NCBI GenBank assembly: GCA_009103225.1
Contig: RHPI01003389.1
Location: 601,162 to 665,161 of the forward strand
Reading direction: 5' to 3'
DNA from: Chlorokybus atmophyticus
Lineage: Eukaryota > Plantae > Mesostigma and Chlorokybus algae
Length of the DNA: 64,000 nt
Shown: piece after piece, positions 24,316-36,200 of the stretch
How positions within the stretch are numbered: position 1 is the stretch's first letter
How the letters are laid out: every line of letters starts with the position of its first letter
The notes under the pieces: generated by a model
Database searches by the model: none
Told to the model about the DNA's origin: nothing
The model's input: the letters and a program-made list of their open reading frames with translations, nothing else
Program-made: the position numbers and the translations under genes

Positions 24316-25326
24316 TCAAGGCGGGGGCCAAATCACCGCCGACACGTTGGCGTCTTGCATCAGGCGTGGCGACCAAAACGGTTGAGGTTGCTTGCAGAAT
24401 GGACACGCTTGTAGATTCCTTGATTTATTTGCCACAGTCTTCTGATATGCTGTGATGCAGACATGGCACATCTCTTTCTTGCAACAGGGCGTCTCCCCAT
24501 CCGCTGGGGGGGGTGGCTCTTCAATGCGACAGATCAGCACACATGGTGCACGCGGGTGTGCAAGCTGCCTCTGCCACCAAACTCTGTTATCGCGTCGCAG
24601 GCGTAGCGACTCCCATCTGAATGGCGCAGCATAACGCTCCACTGCCTGCTCGATCACCTGACGCCCATCTGCCGCCATACACCACCTGCTGGTCTTGGTG
24701 GTCTCGTCCAGCATGCGTTCATCCAGGCCCTCGACATGGCTGTCGTCACTCGTGTACTCCCCCGCATCGTCATTTTCTTCGAGCTTCCACAGAATCAGCT
24801 CGACGTGCCGTATGACATACAGCCACTGCCAGCCAAAGCATGCCAAGTACAGCTCGAATGGTTTTACTTGCCACCCAGTATGTTTGCTCAGGTAGTGGCA
24901 CACATCTCGACCCGCATTAGTCGACATCGACAGGTACATCTGCTGCAGCAGGTCGAAGTTCTGCTCCGCAGATAGCTCTTGCACATTGCCGGGGTGCTGC
25001 GGCAGCAACAACACCATCATATCGAGGACGGCGAGGGGCAACAACGTACTACGGATGGCCATATCGTGTATGGGTTCCAACCACGGCCAATCCCCAGAGG
25101 TCTGTTTAGACCGCATTCTCCGCGTTTGCTCCCACTTATTGCAAACTTTCGTCACCCACCTCGAGGCATGCCGCATGCGGTGATGCAGCGCGTCTTGGGC
25201 GTACTGTAGGGTGATCAACTCCTTTGCACTACGAGTCAGCCCCCCAAAGCGTCTGCGCGTCGGTGCTTTGAGCTTAGGCAGCTCGTGCCGCACCGGCTGT
25301 CTCTCTGGACGATGCTGAGCAGCCAC
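24316..25326 (-). CDS. Protein with C-terminal RING-like finger (putative E3 ligase)
   Basis: C-terminal CVLIC...PCCKKEMCHVC...CPFCKQ in a 336-aa open frame. Confidence 0.65.
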   Translation of the reverse strand: MAAQHRPERQPVRHELPKLKAPTRRRFGGLTRSAKELITLQYAQDALHHRMRHASRWVTKVCNKWEQTRRMRSKQTSGDWPWLEPIHDMAIRSTLLPLAVLDMMVLLLPQHPGNVQELSAEQNFDLLQQMYLSMSTNAGRDVCHYLSKHTGWQVKPFELYLACFGWQWLYVIRHVELILWKLEENDDAGEYTSDDSHVEGLDERMLDETTKTSRWCMAADGRQVIEQAVERYAAPFRWESLRLRRDNRVWWQRQLAHPRAPCVLICRIEEPPPPADGETPCCKKEMCHVCITAYQKTVANKSRNLQACPFCKQPQPFWSPRLMQDANVSAVIWPPP

Positions 25327-25422
25327 TTGACGCTGTAAACCCGCCTGTGCCTACTCAGGACACACAGTCAGCCCCAGTGAGGCTTCAAGGCGCTGCGCTT
25401 CTTCTAATGTTGTAACGATGCC

Positions 25423-26019
25423 TCACCTTTCCTTTTTTGGTCCTGTCAGCGTCCTTTGTTCCAACAACCTTCTTCTTTTTTTTGTGTCACCCTGCACATC
25501 CTGGCAGGCGCTCTCCGTGGCACTGTCACTCAGAGGAGGTAAGGCGTTATCTTCTTGCTCCACAGCCTTGCGCTTGTTGGTTGCCTCCCGTTCCTCCACG
25601 ACCTCATGTTGCTTCATGAGGTCGAGCATGAAGCCTTTGTCTTTCAGCGCAGCTTTCAGGACACCTCGATCAATCTCTTTACCAACAAGACAGGCTGGGA
25701 TCAATGTGGCAAGCTTAGAGGGAGAGGGCGAGCTACAGCTGCTTCTTGATGGGGATGCCTCCTGATGGTCAGAGTGCGGTGGCAAGTGAGTCTCCGCGGC
25801 AGGAAGGGAGGGTGCTGAATTGGGATTGCGAGCATGTGGCTGTGGTTGAGGGGAGGCAGGATGTGCAGAACACTCGGCTACTTCTTGCCTAGCACACGAA
25901 GGCGAGGCCTGAGGCGTTGGCGCAGCACTCTGGGTCACAGCCGGTGGTAGCGGGGAATTGGCAACGCCACGCCGCCACTCTCCGATCAGGTGTGTTACCT
26001 CCGATGGCACTTCATGCAT
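25423..26019 (-). CDS. Pro/Ser-rich, charged ORF with NLS-like KKRRR; in frame with the OTU ORF
   Basis: Follows the OTU ORF stop in the same frame (TAG CCT ATG). Confidence 0.45.
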   Translation of the reverse strand: MHEVPSEVTHLIGEWRRGVANSPLPPAVTQSAAPTPQASPSCARQEVAECSAHPASPQPQPHARNPNSAPSLPAAETHLPPHSDHQEASPSRSSCSSPSPSKLATLIPACLVGKEIDRGVLKAALKDKGFMLDLMKQHEVVEEREATNKRKAVEQEDNALPPLSDSATESACQDVQGDTKKRRRLLEQRTLTGPKKER

Positions 26020-26022
26020 AGG

Positions 26023-26710
26023 CTACGACCACTGTTCGGTGCTTGCAGGCTTGAGGAGCCAAAAGTGTGCTTCTGGCTCATCAGGAGCAGTGTTGCCCAC
26101 CACCAGGACTGAGTTGGGGGCTTCTTTATTTCCAACCCAAACTGCGCTGCCGGGCCGTGGCACCCACTCCCCATGCTCGCGCTGAACGGTCACGCAGCCA
26201 ATCAACAAGCCCAGCTTGTTGGCAAACATGGTCATCTGCAGGTGCTCGACGTACACATCTTTTCTCCGCACAATTTGTCGCACCTTGGCCATGGCTAGGT
26301 CAATGTTGCAGTTGATATCAGCCAACATGGTCGCAGGCAGTTTGTCGTAATTCTGCGCCATCTCTCCCGCGGCACCAGTGGCTCTGCAGAAGTCTAAGAT
26401 TCTGCTCGCCACGCCTGCATCGACAGCCTTGGCGGTGATTTTGCGGAGAGTGTGCCCCCTGCCGTCGTCGTCCATGGTGTCCAGCATGGCCCAAAATCTG
26501 CTCGAGCTGGGGCACTTGTGATCATCCAGGACACTTTGCGCTATGGATGGCCTGGCGCGAAATACACAATGGTAGAAGCAGTTACCATCCGTTGGCGCAT
26601 TGAAGTGGTCCCATGAGGCGAGCTGGCCACCTAGCATGACTGATGGCCGTATGCGGGTTGCGGCCAGCTCCTCTGATGACTCGCTGGCAGGTGGTGACCC
26701 CTGCTGCATG
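26023..26710 (-). CDS. OTU-like cysteine protease (deubiquitinase)
   Basis: APTDGNCFYHCV (catalytic D/C), ..EHLQMTMFANKLG.., EAHFWLL (catalytic H). The 5' part of ORF 26023-27117 may be intronic. Confidence 0.8.
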
Positions 26711-27893
26711 CGCATACAGCACTCACATGGTGTGTCCAACTGTGGACGGCAAGAGTCACAGTGACTGATAAAGTACCTGAATTTGGGGCAGATTGCCGGC
26801 TTCAACTTGCAGCGGGTGGGGTGAGGTAGGTGCAGAAGCCACATCGGTTGTTGCATTGTGCTGTGGTCTCGCCGGTGGCGGCAAGAAGGATTGTTGCCCC
26901 GCAATCCCCGGTGCTGCTCGTGGAGGAGATGGCAGTGCACGAAGGACTGGTGCCGCGGAAGGTGGTTGCGCTCTGGCTGGGAGGGGAGCAGGAGCTGCAG
27001 GTGAGACCACTTGTGCATGCAGCAAGGGGGGCTGTATACAGGACCCAGGATAAGATGGCTCACAATGTTGCAAAGGACGAATATAAGCTTATGCAGTGCC
27101 TGACGCATTGTTACCAAGGCACGAGCATAAAAGACAGCGACTTACCTCAATGGCCCGTGGGCTGCATGGAGCAGGGGAAGCCATGGGGGCTGACAAGGTG
27201 GTATTGGCTGCACTCTCCCCGCCACCCTCAATGGCAGACTCGTCACGGAGCTCTTGAGCCATGGGCACATCATGCGCCACTGCCCCAATGGACATGTCGG
27301 GATTCAACAGGCCAACATGCATGTTAAACTGATGCCGCATTGCCGCCGCGCCCATCAGCAAGTGGGATTGAAGGACCAGTTGATGGGATTGAATCCAGGC
27401 TTGCATAGGAGCTCCAACAGGACTTAGTGCACTGTGGTGCTGTCAACCAATCACATGTGGGTTAGCTGCATGCTTGCGACACTGCAATTGCAATAGTCAA
27501 CTGCGTCACACCGTCATCAGTTGGTTGCTTCGAACAGTCACCTGCGGCATTGCTGGTTGATGCACGAATGATTGCATGGATTGCGTCATTGCCGGTTGAT
27601 GCACTATTGGTTGAATGCCGGACAAATGGCCACGCGCTCCTGTGCTCAAACCCAGCCTACTTCGTTCGGCACGCGCGCGCGACTTCGCACGCTCACGCAC
27701 ATCCTAGCATGGAAAGGTAGGCATGCATTGGAGCCGACATTGCAGTCAACATGCACAGCGAGATTGGCAACAACATACCGCCGCCCAGCTCTGTCTATCT
27801 GCTCTTGCTTCCGCAATGTCGGCTTGACTGTAGGGTGGGTATGGGTGAATAGTGGAGGCCTGCAGCCACGCTACATATATCACATGGACTGCG

Positions 27894-28229
27894 CTAAAAA
27901 ACAAATTGCTCTTGCAAGGAAATGCATGTGACTGTTGAGCGTACCTCTGCATTCCTTTGTGCTTGTTCCCACAGCCGCAACTGGTCCCGCATGGTTCTGA
28001 CAAGGGGCTCCAAGGACTGCAGCTCCTGATCCACTCCCTGTTGCAGAAAGCGAGCCACCAAGCAGCTCTCTGTGTGAAGATGGTCTTTAATGGCTTGCCT
28101 GCTGGTTTGTCCAATGTTGGTGATGCATGTTGGACAGCCCCATTGCTGACGCCTGCCATGATCCATGACGTGGCGACCGGTAGTAGCTGGCTTCGCTGCT
28201 TGAACTCTTACGACCACAACTTCTCGCAA
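27894..28229 (-). CDS. C2HC zinc-finger exon; probable first exon of the OTU gene or a separate gene
   Basis: CPTC-x14-H-x5-C followed by a coiled-coil-like segment and a GT donor. Confidence 0.5.
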   Translation of the reverse strand: MREVVVVRVQAAKPATTGRHVMDHGRRQQWGCPTCITNIGQTSRQAIKDHLHTESCLVARFLQQGVDQELQSLEPLVRTMRDQLRLWEQAQRNAEVRSTVTCISLQEQFVF

Positions 28230-28763
28230 GATGTGCCACGCCGCCGCCGCCGCCGCCGCCGCCTCCTCCGACTCCTGGTCCTCCGCCTCCTAGTCGAACC
28301 CAGGCCCATCAAGCCTGACATTCAACCCGTCATCGACCTTGTGCCCCTGCGTGCCATCATCCGGCCATCAATGAAGCGTGTTTCGGTGAGTGCATGCTAA
28401 CTCCCATTTGGGCTGATCGAGCAATGGCTCTGTCGTACCATGGATGGTACGACAGAGCCATTGTACGGCAATCGCTGGGGTTGGACGAGAGATGCCTCTG
28501 TCGTACCATAAATGTTACGACACAACCATTGGTAACAATGGTTGTACGAAGCATGCATGGCACGAATGCATAAGTCGTACCATTAATCATAGGAGCAAGA
28601 ACGCACTACAAGTGCGACTCTAGTGCGGGACTCTAGACGTTCAAAACCGCCTCATTGTCGTTTTCGCGCCTCATACATTCGGGCGGGCCAACCGGCGGTG
28701 GCAGCGTTGGAGGCGGCAGCGCCACTTACAGCTAAACAGGCGGCACCCGACTATCAGTTGGAG

Positions 28764-30593
28764 AGATGCCTCGTAGTCCATCCGTAAGTGCACCTCGTCG
28801 TGGAGGTCGGCGCCAGTTGTCCACATTGCCCCCAGTGTTCAACTAGGCAACCGTCGCCAACCAATCGCAGCAAGACCCCGCGCTAACGCCCAGCACATCA
28901 CAACAACTCCACCTGACACCGCAGTCGCAAGGGCAAGCTAGACTGCATGCGTTCTTGATGCACTGTGCACGTTGCTTCTTGCTCAACTTCTAACTTGGAT
29001 GCTTGCTTCTATCATGACTAGCACAGTGACTCACTGCATGCGTTCTGGATACACTGTGCACGTTGTTCTTCTTTTGCAACTGTGAGGGTTGCATCTTTCA
29101 TGGCTGGCAGCATGACTCATGTGGTTGTGCTTGCAGAGGGTCGATTGGAACCCCCAACCCAAACGCATTTGGCCGTGACGTGGCAACCTCGGCCGTCAGC
29201 AACCCTTCCCCAAGCAAGTGGAAGATTGGCAACGAGGTAAGCACTGTGTGACACTGTGACACTGTGTGTATGTGTGTAACAGATTATTCTTCTGTGGACA
29301 GCATTTGCGAGATGCCGTCGTTGAAATCATAAACGGCCACTGGGTAGAGAGCCACGTTTATCCCAAGGAGGACACTATTCGTACCGTCATGTGTCACGTG
29401 CTGTGAATGCTTCATGACCGCACTGCACCGTGACACTGACCAACCTGCCCGTGACAGGTAGTTGGCTTCGACCATGACGACGAGGCCGATGCGGCCAAGT
29501 TCTATGAGGTGTACTGGACTCCCAAGGAGTGCCCCTTCCACTGGAGTGTCGCCCTGAAGAAAGCTACGCAGGTCCGGTCTGAGAACGTCACCAAGATCAA
29601 GCATGTCCTTGAGAAGGAGTACAAGTGGACACTGTTTAACAGCAACAAGCGCAAGTGAGTTGGGTCCCTCACCACCATGTCTGCTATGCAACACTGCCTT
29701 CTTACTCAGCCTCCATACACACGTACTCATCTCGCCTATTGTAACCGATTCAATCAGGCACATCGACGCCCTAATGGACCCCGAGACCCAAAAAGCCCAG
29801 ATGCGCAACGCGCTCCAAAGTAAGTCACAGGCACTATTCTAGCCTGGTGCAGGCTCAACTTGAACTATCTATTTCGTGACTAATGCCTTGTCGGTATGAC
29901 TGTCGCAGACAAGTCATGGCGGAGATTTGAGGTGACCGACACTGCAGACCCGGAGCGGAGGAGATACATCCATGAATGGGGCAATCCCATAATCTGGCAA
30001 ATGATCGTGCAATGCTGGTCTTACGCCGTCACTACACCTGGTCGCCGGCAGCTGACAGTCAACCACCTCGCATACCTGTTGCTTACGGTGAGCACTCTGA
30101 ACTCCATCATTAGCAATTCAGGAATGCTGTAGCCCCAAACTACAGGCTTGCAGACGCGTTGCAGTGAATAGTGGCTTTCGATGCCACTAAGACATGCCTG
30201 TAAACTACGCAGGTGGAGCGCATCCTAAAGGGCAAGGATGGAGACCCTCTCCTAGCTGCCAGCATAGACACACATGAAGAGTACCTCAGCGAAATCAACA
30301 CCATGATCATGTCAATGAAGCGGGAGATGAGGCAACGGTACGCAGCCCTCCAGCCATTCACCCTTGTGAAACGCCGCACTGCATCTTGTGTCGAATACCT
30401 GAAAGATCCCAATCGGCGCCGGCCGCAAGAGACAGCAGCTCGTGACCCGCTCGCTGAGGCAGAAGCGGCATTTGATTGGCTGGCACAACCGTTTGAGGAG
30501 GAAGAGCAAGCTCCGGCGTCTCCTCCACAGGCCCCAGCGCGTGGTGCTTTGTTCCGTAATGACGAGACCAGCGATGATGGAGAGGAGCTGTAG
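28764..30593 (+). CDS. Multi-exon protein with a DUF6532-like C-terminal region
   Basis: Six exons from ~29134 splice in consistent phases by hand: ..FFCGQHLRDAVVEII.., VVGFDHDD..KWTLFNSNKRK, HIDALMDP.., WGNPIIWQMIVQCWSY..LAYLLLT|VERILKG..EEYLSEI. The DUF6532 assignment and start position are tentative. Confidence 0.65.
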
Positions 30594-30987
30594 CGCAGTT
30601 GGTAGTCCGTTTAGCTGGTAGTGTACATAGCTACAAGGCTCTTGTGACTGAGTGTTGTGCATCTTAAACCAGCTCAGTCAATCGTCATTATGCTCATGCA
30701 CATCAATACTTGCATCCCTATGATATACAACAGAACTGCATTCGAGTCACATAATCGAACTACAAGCCTTGGCAAGTGACTGAGAGACACTGTACACATT
30801 TCAGGTACATGTACACAGCACAGGCACATAACAATGCTGGAAGTCAGTGACAGTCGCGTGTAGTCAAGCTATGCAAATACATATGACGACAGTTAGGCAT
30901 TGGTCACCTTCAGTTGTTAAAGAATGCCTTATTTTGTCGATAATTACCTAGTTGGTGCTTGTGAATTAGGCTTAGTCGCCTGCGCTG

Positions 30988-31300
30988 GACTGGTGTGTAA
31001 CCTGCAGGTGCCTGTCACATAGGCTGAGTCACCTAGGTAAGACTGATGTGTAACTTACAGGTGCCCGTTGATTAGTTGTAGTCACCTAATAAGGCCTGAT
31101 GTGTAACTAACAGTTGCCTGTAAATTACACAAAGTCATTTGTTAAGGCCTGGTGTGTGACTAACAGGTGCCTGTTCATTCTATAAAGTCACTTGATAGAG
31201 CCTGATAGGTAACTAACAGGCGCCTGTTAGTTAGGCAAAGTCAACTGTTAAAGACTAAATTGTAACAAAAAGGGCCTTACAGTAACGAAAGTTACTATTA
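30988..31300 (+). repeat. Degenerate 53-bp tandem array (~6 units)
   Basis: Unit starts at 30988, 31041, 31094, 31147, 31200 and 31253; consensus G(A/C)CTG.TGTGTAACTAACAGGTGCCTG..AGTCA. Confidence 0.9.
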
Positions 31301-31893
31301 GGTCCCTGTATCAAGATTACAGGTGGCCTGAGCCACGACAGTCTAAATTAGCGTCCTCAGGTGCACGGCCGTTGCCAATATTTCGTCGGCCGGCAGGGAA
31401 AACATATTGCGACGCGGTTAGCTTTTTCAATTGTGGAGCCCTACACCAAGATGCACATGCATTGCAACATGTCTGAAGGGAAGCATACCCGGCATTGGCA
31501 CTGTGTTGGGCAAGCTCTTATACGTGTGTCTAAACGTTTCAAGTGGTGTCTTAAGTCCACGCTTTCGTGCAGGTCAAATAATGGCAATAGTCAAGCTCGC
31601 CAGCGAGCATTACAAAAACGTGTACACAAAATTGTTTGTAAAGCCCTCGATGTCGTTATATAAAGTAGCGAACGCAATGACAACTTCATCAGAAAAGTCC
31701 TTGCCTATATGATGACAGAAGAAAAAAATCACGACGCTGATCAGAAGCGACATTCTTTCAACCATCTATTATGCTCCCGCGTACACTGCTATCGCTGAGT
31801 TGGCCTATCAGAGCTTCAAGGCATCCCACTTTTGAGCTCATCGTGCTATACGTAAGGGTAATAAAAGCTGCAAAGTTTCGGCTTAATCAATCA

Positions 31894-33166
31894 CACGGAA
31901 TTTTTTCCACGGACCAGCCCTGGTCCGCACGCACGGACCAGGGCCAAAACGCCCGGGCGGCTTGGGTCCGGACCAGGGTCGCCCGCCTTGGTCTGCACGG
32001 ACCAGGGCTGGTCCAAACAGTACGTACTTGTCCCACGGTCCCCCAAAAAACTGGGCCAGCCCTGGTCCCGGTTAGAAACCGGTTTAAGACGGACCATTTA
32101 TGGTCCTTCATTTTACATCAAAGAACCATGTTTGGTTCGAGGTCTTTTGTTTTACGACCAGTACCTGTTGCCTGTGACAGCAGCCATGGTCCGTACCTAC
32201 GGATCATGGCTGGTGCGTCTCGTAAGGTAGTTCAGACCATGTGTTTCACCGGCAATAGAAACTGATCGGCGATGTTAAAACGCTGCAAATTAACTGTGCT
32301 ATGGCGGCATGCTACGGTCAGCTGCGGCAATTAAGCCGCAGCTGACCGCATTGGGCCGCCGCTGCTGGTGGCCTGGCGGGCGGCCTGGTGCTCCACACCA
32401 AGAGCACCAGGTCACGCCGCTGGCCTGGTGGCGACCAGGCCAGCATGGCCAAGGCCAAGGCTTGGAGGTCGCCAGGCCATAGCCATAGCCATGGCCATGG
32501 CTTCCACGAACGCCGCTGCAGTTGCAAGCCTGCACACCAAGCCAAAAGCACATGCAACCCCCCTAGGCGGATCCCTGATGCATGCATGAGGACGTTCAAA
32601 GCCACATACACACACAAACAGGCCATAGTCACCCACCGTTAAGCACGCAACCACGCATACATATGTCCAAGTAGCAGCAGATAGAGGCACAATGGTTAAA
32701 ACTGAGAGTCACTCGACAAGTAGACAACACACCATCACCTTACCAGCTTTACAACCCTCCAGAACATACACTGCAACTTGTATTGCAATGCTATTTGCTA
32801 ACTAACTCTAGCATATTCAATATACAGCCCGCACATACTGATGAGCACGCACGCACGTCCGCAACCACACCAACTCAGTTGGTAAGAAGGCTTCTTACTT
32901 GCCCCAGCCTTATGCCATCTTCACTGTCCTCTTTGAGTGCTGCGCTTCCATCCCCTTGCCCCGCTTCTGCTCTTTCTATCGCTGATTGACGCGCCATCCG
33001 GCACCGTCCTGTACGTGCTGCAGGAGGAGCAGGAGTGAGTAGAGGAGCAGACGCATGCGCATATGCACATGCTCGTATGTGTGTGCGCGTCTTTAGGGGG
33101 TGGACATACACCTGTTCACATGCATAGTGCAACTGTCTTTAACGCCGCACTGACCAGCGCATATGA

Positions 33167-33209
<43 letters not shown>

Positions 33210-36200
33210 CTAACTGAGGCAAACAGCGAGCGTGCGCGTGTGTGTGGTTGCGCAAGTGCCTGCCTGTGCGTGTCCGCGTGCGCTTGCTTGCGCATGGACC
33301 AACGCCCACGCGCACACTCGCGTGGGCGTTGGTTCATGCGCAAGCATGCGCACGCGGACACGCACAGGCAGTCATCCTCACACCCAACCATGCCAAGCTA
33401 AGCAGGCCTACCTGGAAGTTGAGCGGGGTGGTCTTCGCCACCATCCCCTCTGTGTCATTCCCACCAGCAGCTCGTTTCCGAAGTCGCCAGCATGTGCACA
33501 AGCACACTCATGCGCGTGCACAACAACACACGCAACACATCAGAGTGACTCGCACAGCAACGCACGCAGTTGCACATGTTGGTCAAGAACACGAATGCGC
33601 ACGCACGCACGCTCATACGCGTGCGCACACACAACCGTTGTACCTTGAAGGTGGTGGAGGGCAGGACAACGGGGCCGGGGTAGTGCTTGCCCACGCGAAG
33701 CCGTGCGCTAACAACTCGTTCTCTCTTTTAGCAGCGGGCTGTTGTTGATCGCACCTTGCGGGAGGGCAAGCAGTTCGGGAAACTGCATGCGCGCGTGCGG
33801 GTGTGAGCATGCGCATGCCCGCATGCTTGTGCGTGTGCGTGGCTTGTTGAGAAAGGGGGGGAGGGGGGGGTGGGGGGTAAACCTGTTTACATGCATAGTG
33901 TACACGCCGAGCTGTCTCATGGGCTGCACCAGTCAGTGCAGTCTATGAGCCGCCTATAGCAACTGCCTCATAGGCTGCACTGTCCAGTGCCGCACTGTCC
34001 AGTGCAGCCTATCATGATGAGGCAGTCACTTAGCCTATGAGGCAGTCTGACCGGTTGCTTGGGCTGATCAACCACGGCGGTCTATCAGCCCATTATCAAC
34101 AAGTGTGTGTTAATGTGTATGTGTGTAACAAAGAGCACATGTGTAGTATGCGTGTGTGCGCATGTCTCCCCCCCCGCCCCGTTCCTCCTCACACCCCTCC
34201 GCTCACCTTGAGGTCCAGCAAATGCATTTGATTGCAGCGCCCCCCGCTACCGGGGGCTCTAAGAAGAGCAGCAGCATCGGGCTCCCCGCCAACACTGTTG
34301 GCTGGCAGCCACGTCCCGGATCACATGTGCAGACATGTGCGAAAAGAATTGTGTGTGCAGTTGCATAGTCACGCCTGCACACGCCTAAGCACAGATGCAC
34401 GCACATGTGTGTGGGAGCGCACAAGCACACATCGAGCGTATGTGACATATACGCATGCATCAACATGCACACGCACGCGCGAACCTTCAAGCACTGTGGG
34501 GTGTGGACCTCCCGCATCTATACATAAGTGCTCACATACAGCCGCCTATGACTTTTGGATTCTATAGCGTGGCAGCGCTGGCTCATAGGCCGCACTGGTC
34601 AGTGCGGCCTATGAGCCAGCGCTGCCAGGTCACACACAGCCGCCTATGACTTTTAATATCTATAACCTGGCAGCGCTGGCTTATAGGCCGCACTGACTAG
34701 TGCGGCCTATAAACCAGCCTCATATGCTGCACTTGATAGTGCGCTGCACTGCATCTTCTTGTTGAGCTATAGCCCAGAGGTCTATAGCCCAACAAGTGTG
34801 GGTATGTGTGCACGTGCATGCGAAAGAGCACTTGCATGCTTGTATAAATAGTGCGAATGGCTGTGTGGACAGTGCCGTCTACGAGCACAGTTGTAAGCGT
34901 GTACGTGCATTCACAAATGAGCAATGCCTCACAATCCACATACGCATGCACGCACATGAGCATGCACACAAGCGCCCACACATGCGCGGGCGCACACACA
35001 CTTACCGCACCTTGAAGATGGTGAAGAGTGCGAGCAGCTGCGGCAAGGGAGTGCCTGCCGCCATGTACGCAAAGCTGTTCACTACAAACTCTTTTTCCAA
35101 AGCGAGTTGCTGATTGCCAGCTTTGGGACAATCCGCATATCTGCGCGTGCACGTAAGCGCATGCACGTGTGTGCGTTCACATGCGTCACGGTGTGCAGGC
35201 ATACTTGTATGTGTGTGCGCATCTTTTTACCTCGAAGACCATGACAAGGAAGATCGTTACGAGAAAGATAGTGACGGGGAAGAGGTGGGCGGGAGGGGGG
35301 GGACACACCTGGTCATATGCATAGTGTACAAAACTAGCTCATAGGCCGCACTGCCCAGTGCGGGCTATGAGGCAGTTGGCGGCTCCAATAAGTGTGATTG
35401 CGTGTGTATGTGCGTGTGACAAAGAGCACATGCGAGCACACGCATGCCCAAGTGCGTGCGCTTGCGCGTGCGTATGCGCGCACATATGCTTTCCCATGAT
35501 ATCATTTGAGTGTCATTAGGCACACCACCGTACAATATACATGCATGCGCTTGTCAACAACACAAATGGGAAACAGCATTGATACCTGGTAGGATCGGAA
35601 CTTGTGATGCGGACAGCTGCAAGCTGCTGATCTCTGTCTGAAAGGCAGTCGTATAAGGCGTGGACCCAGGGTAGATACTTGTTGGGCGCGTCTGATGGCG
35701 TGGTGAGGACACTGTGCTGCAAACCAGCACATAGGTGAACTGATCGCCTTTACCTTCACAGCCTGCATGAGAGACAGACACACATGTGAAGGAGGTATGC
35801 GTGACAGACATAACATCAATTACACAATTGCTCACCTCCGGATGCTATCTCGCACACGTCCCACACTTACTCCAGGCACCAACGCGAGGCGAGGTGGTCT
35901 AGAGTGCGAGGAGGACATGTTTTTGGAGTATACATACAGACGTGCACTTGTAGAACACAAGCATACGTGTGTCCATCCATGCGTGTGCCTGCAGGTGTGC
36001 CAGTGCGTGCGTGTGTGCGGCATGCAGGCACACTTGTCACAACAACCTAACATTTTGAACTTGCTCATCTACGTGCGTGCTGATGAAAGAGTGCAAGTGG
36101 CTGTGGCTATGACGGCTATAAGGCAACTGTAAAGAACAATCAAGGTGTATTCTATGTCAACAGTGTTGTAGACATGGAGGCTTTATGCCTCTATGTCTAC

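Larger units (their letters stand above)
16831..31308. mobile_element. Putative ~14.5-kb Plavaka/CMC-type DNA transposon with multi-gene cargo (element A)
   Basis: Contains an intact Plavaka transposase and 6-8 further genes. Bounded by TA|CACGG (16831) and CCCTG|TA (31308), with repeat arrays inside both ends. GC-rich relative to flanks. Boundaries are tentative (only 5-bp termini). Confidence 0.6.

Noticed and set aside
28604-28625. CACTACAAG...TAGTG as a CACTA terminus or mini-element
   Set aside because: Only 22 bp, no matching 3-bp TSD, and no partner end.
30988-31300. 53-bp array as a CRISPR
   Set aside because: Eukaryotic context, degenerate contiguous units with no unique spacers, and no cas genes.
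12393-31308. JmjC gene as part of the same element as the Plavaka cluster
   Set aside because: Different subterminal motifs, base composition and degree of decay indicate separate elements of different age.
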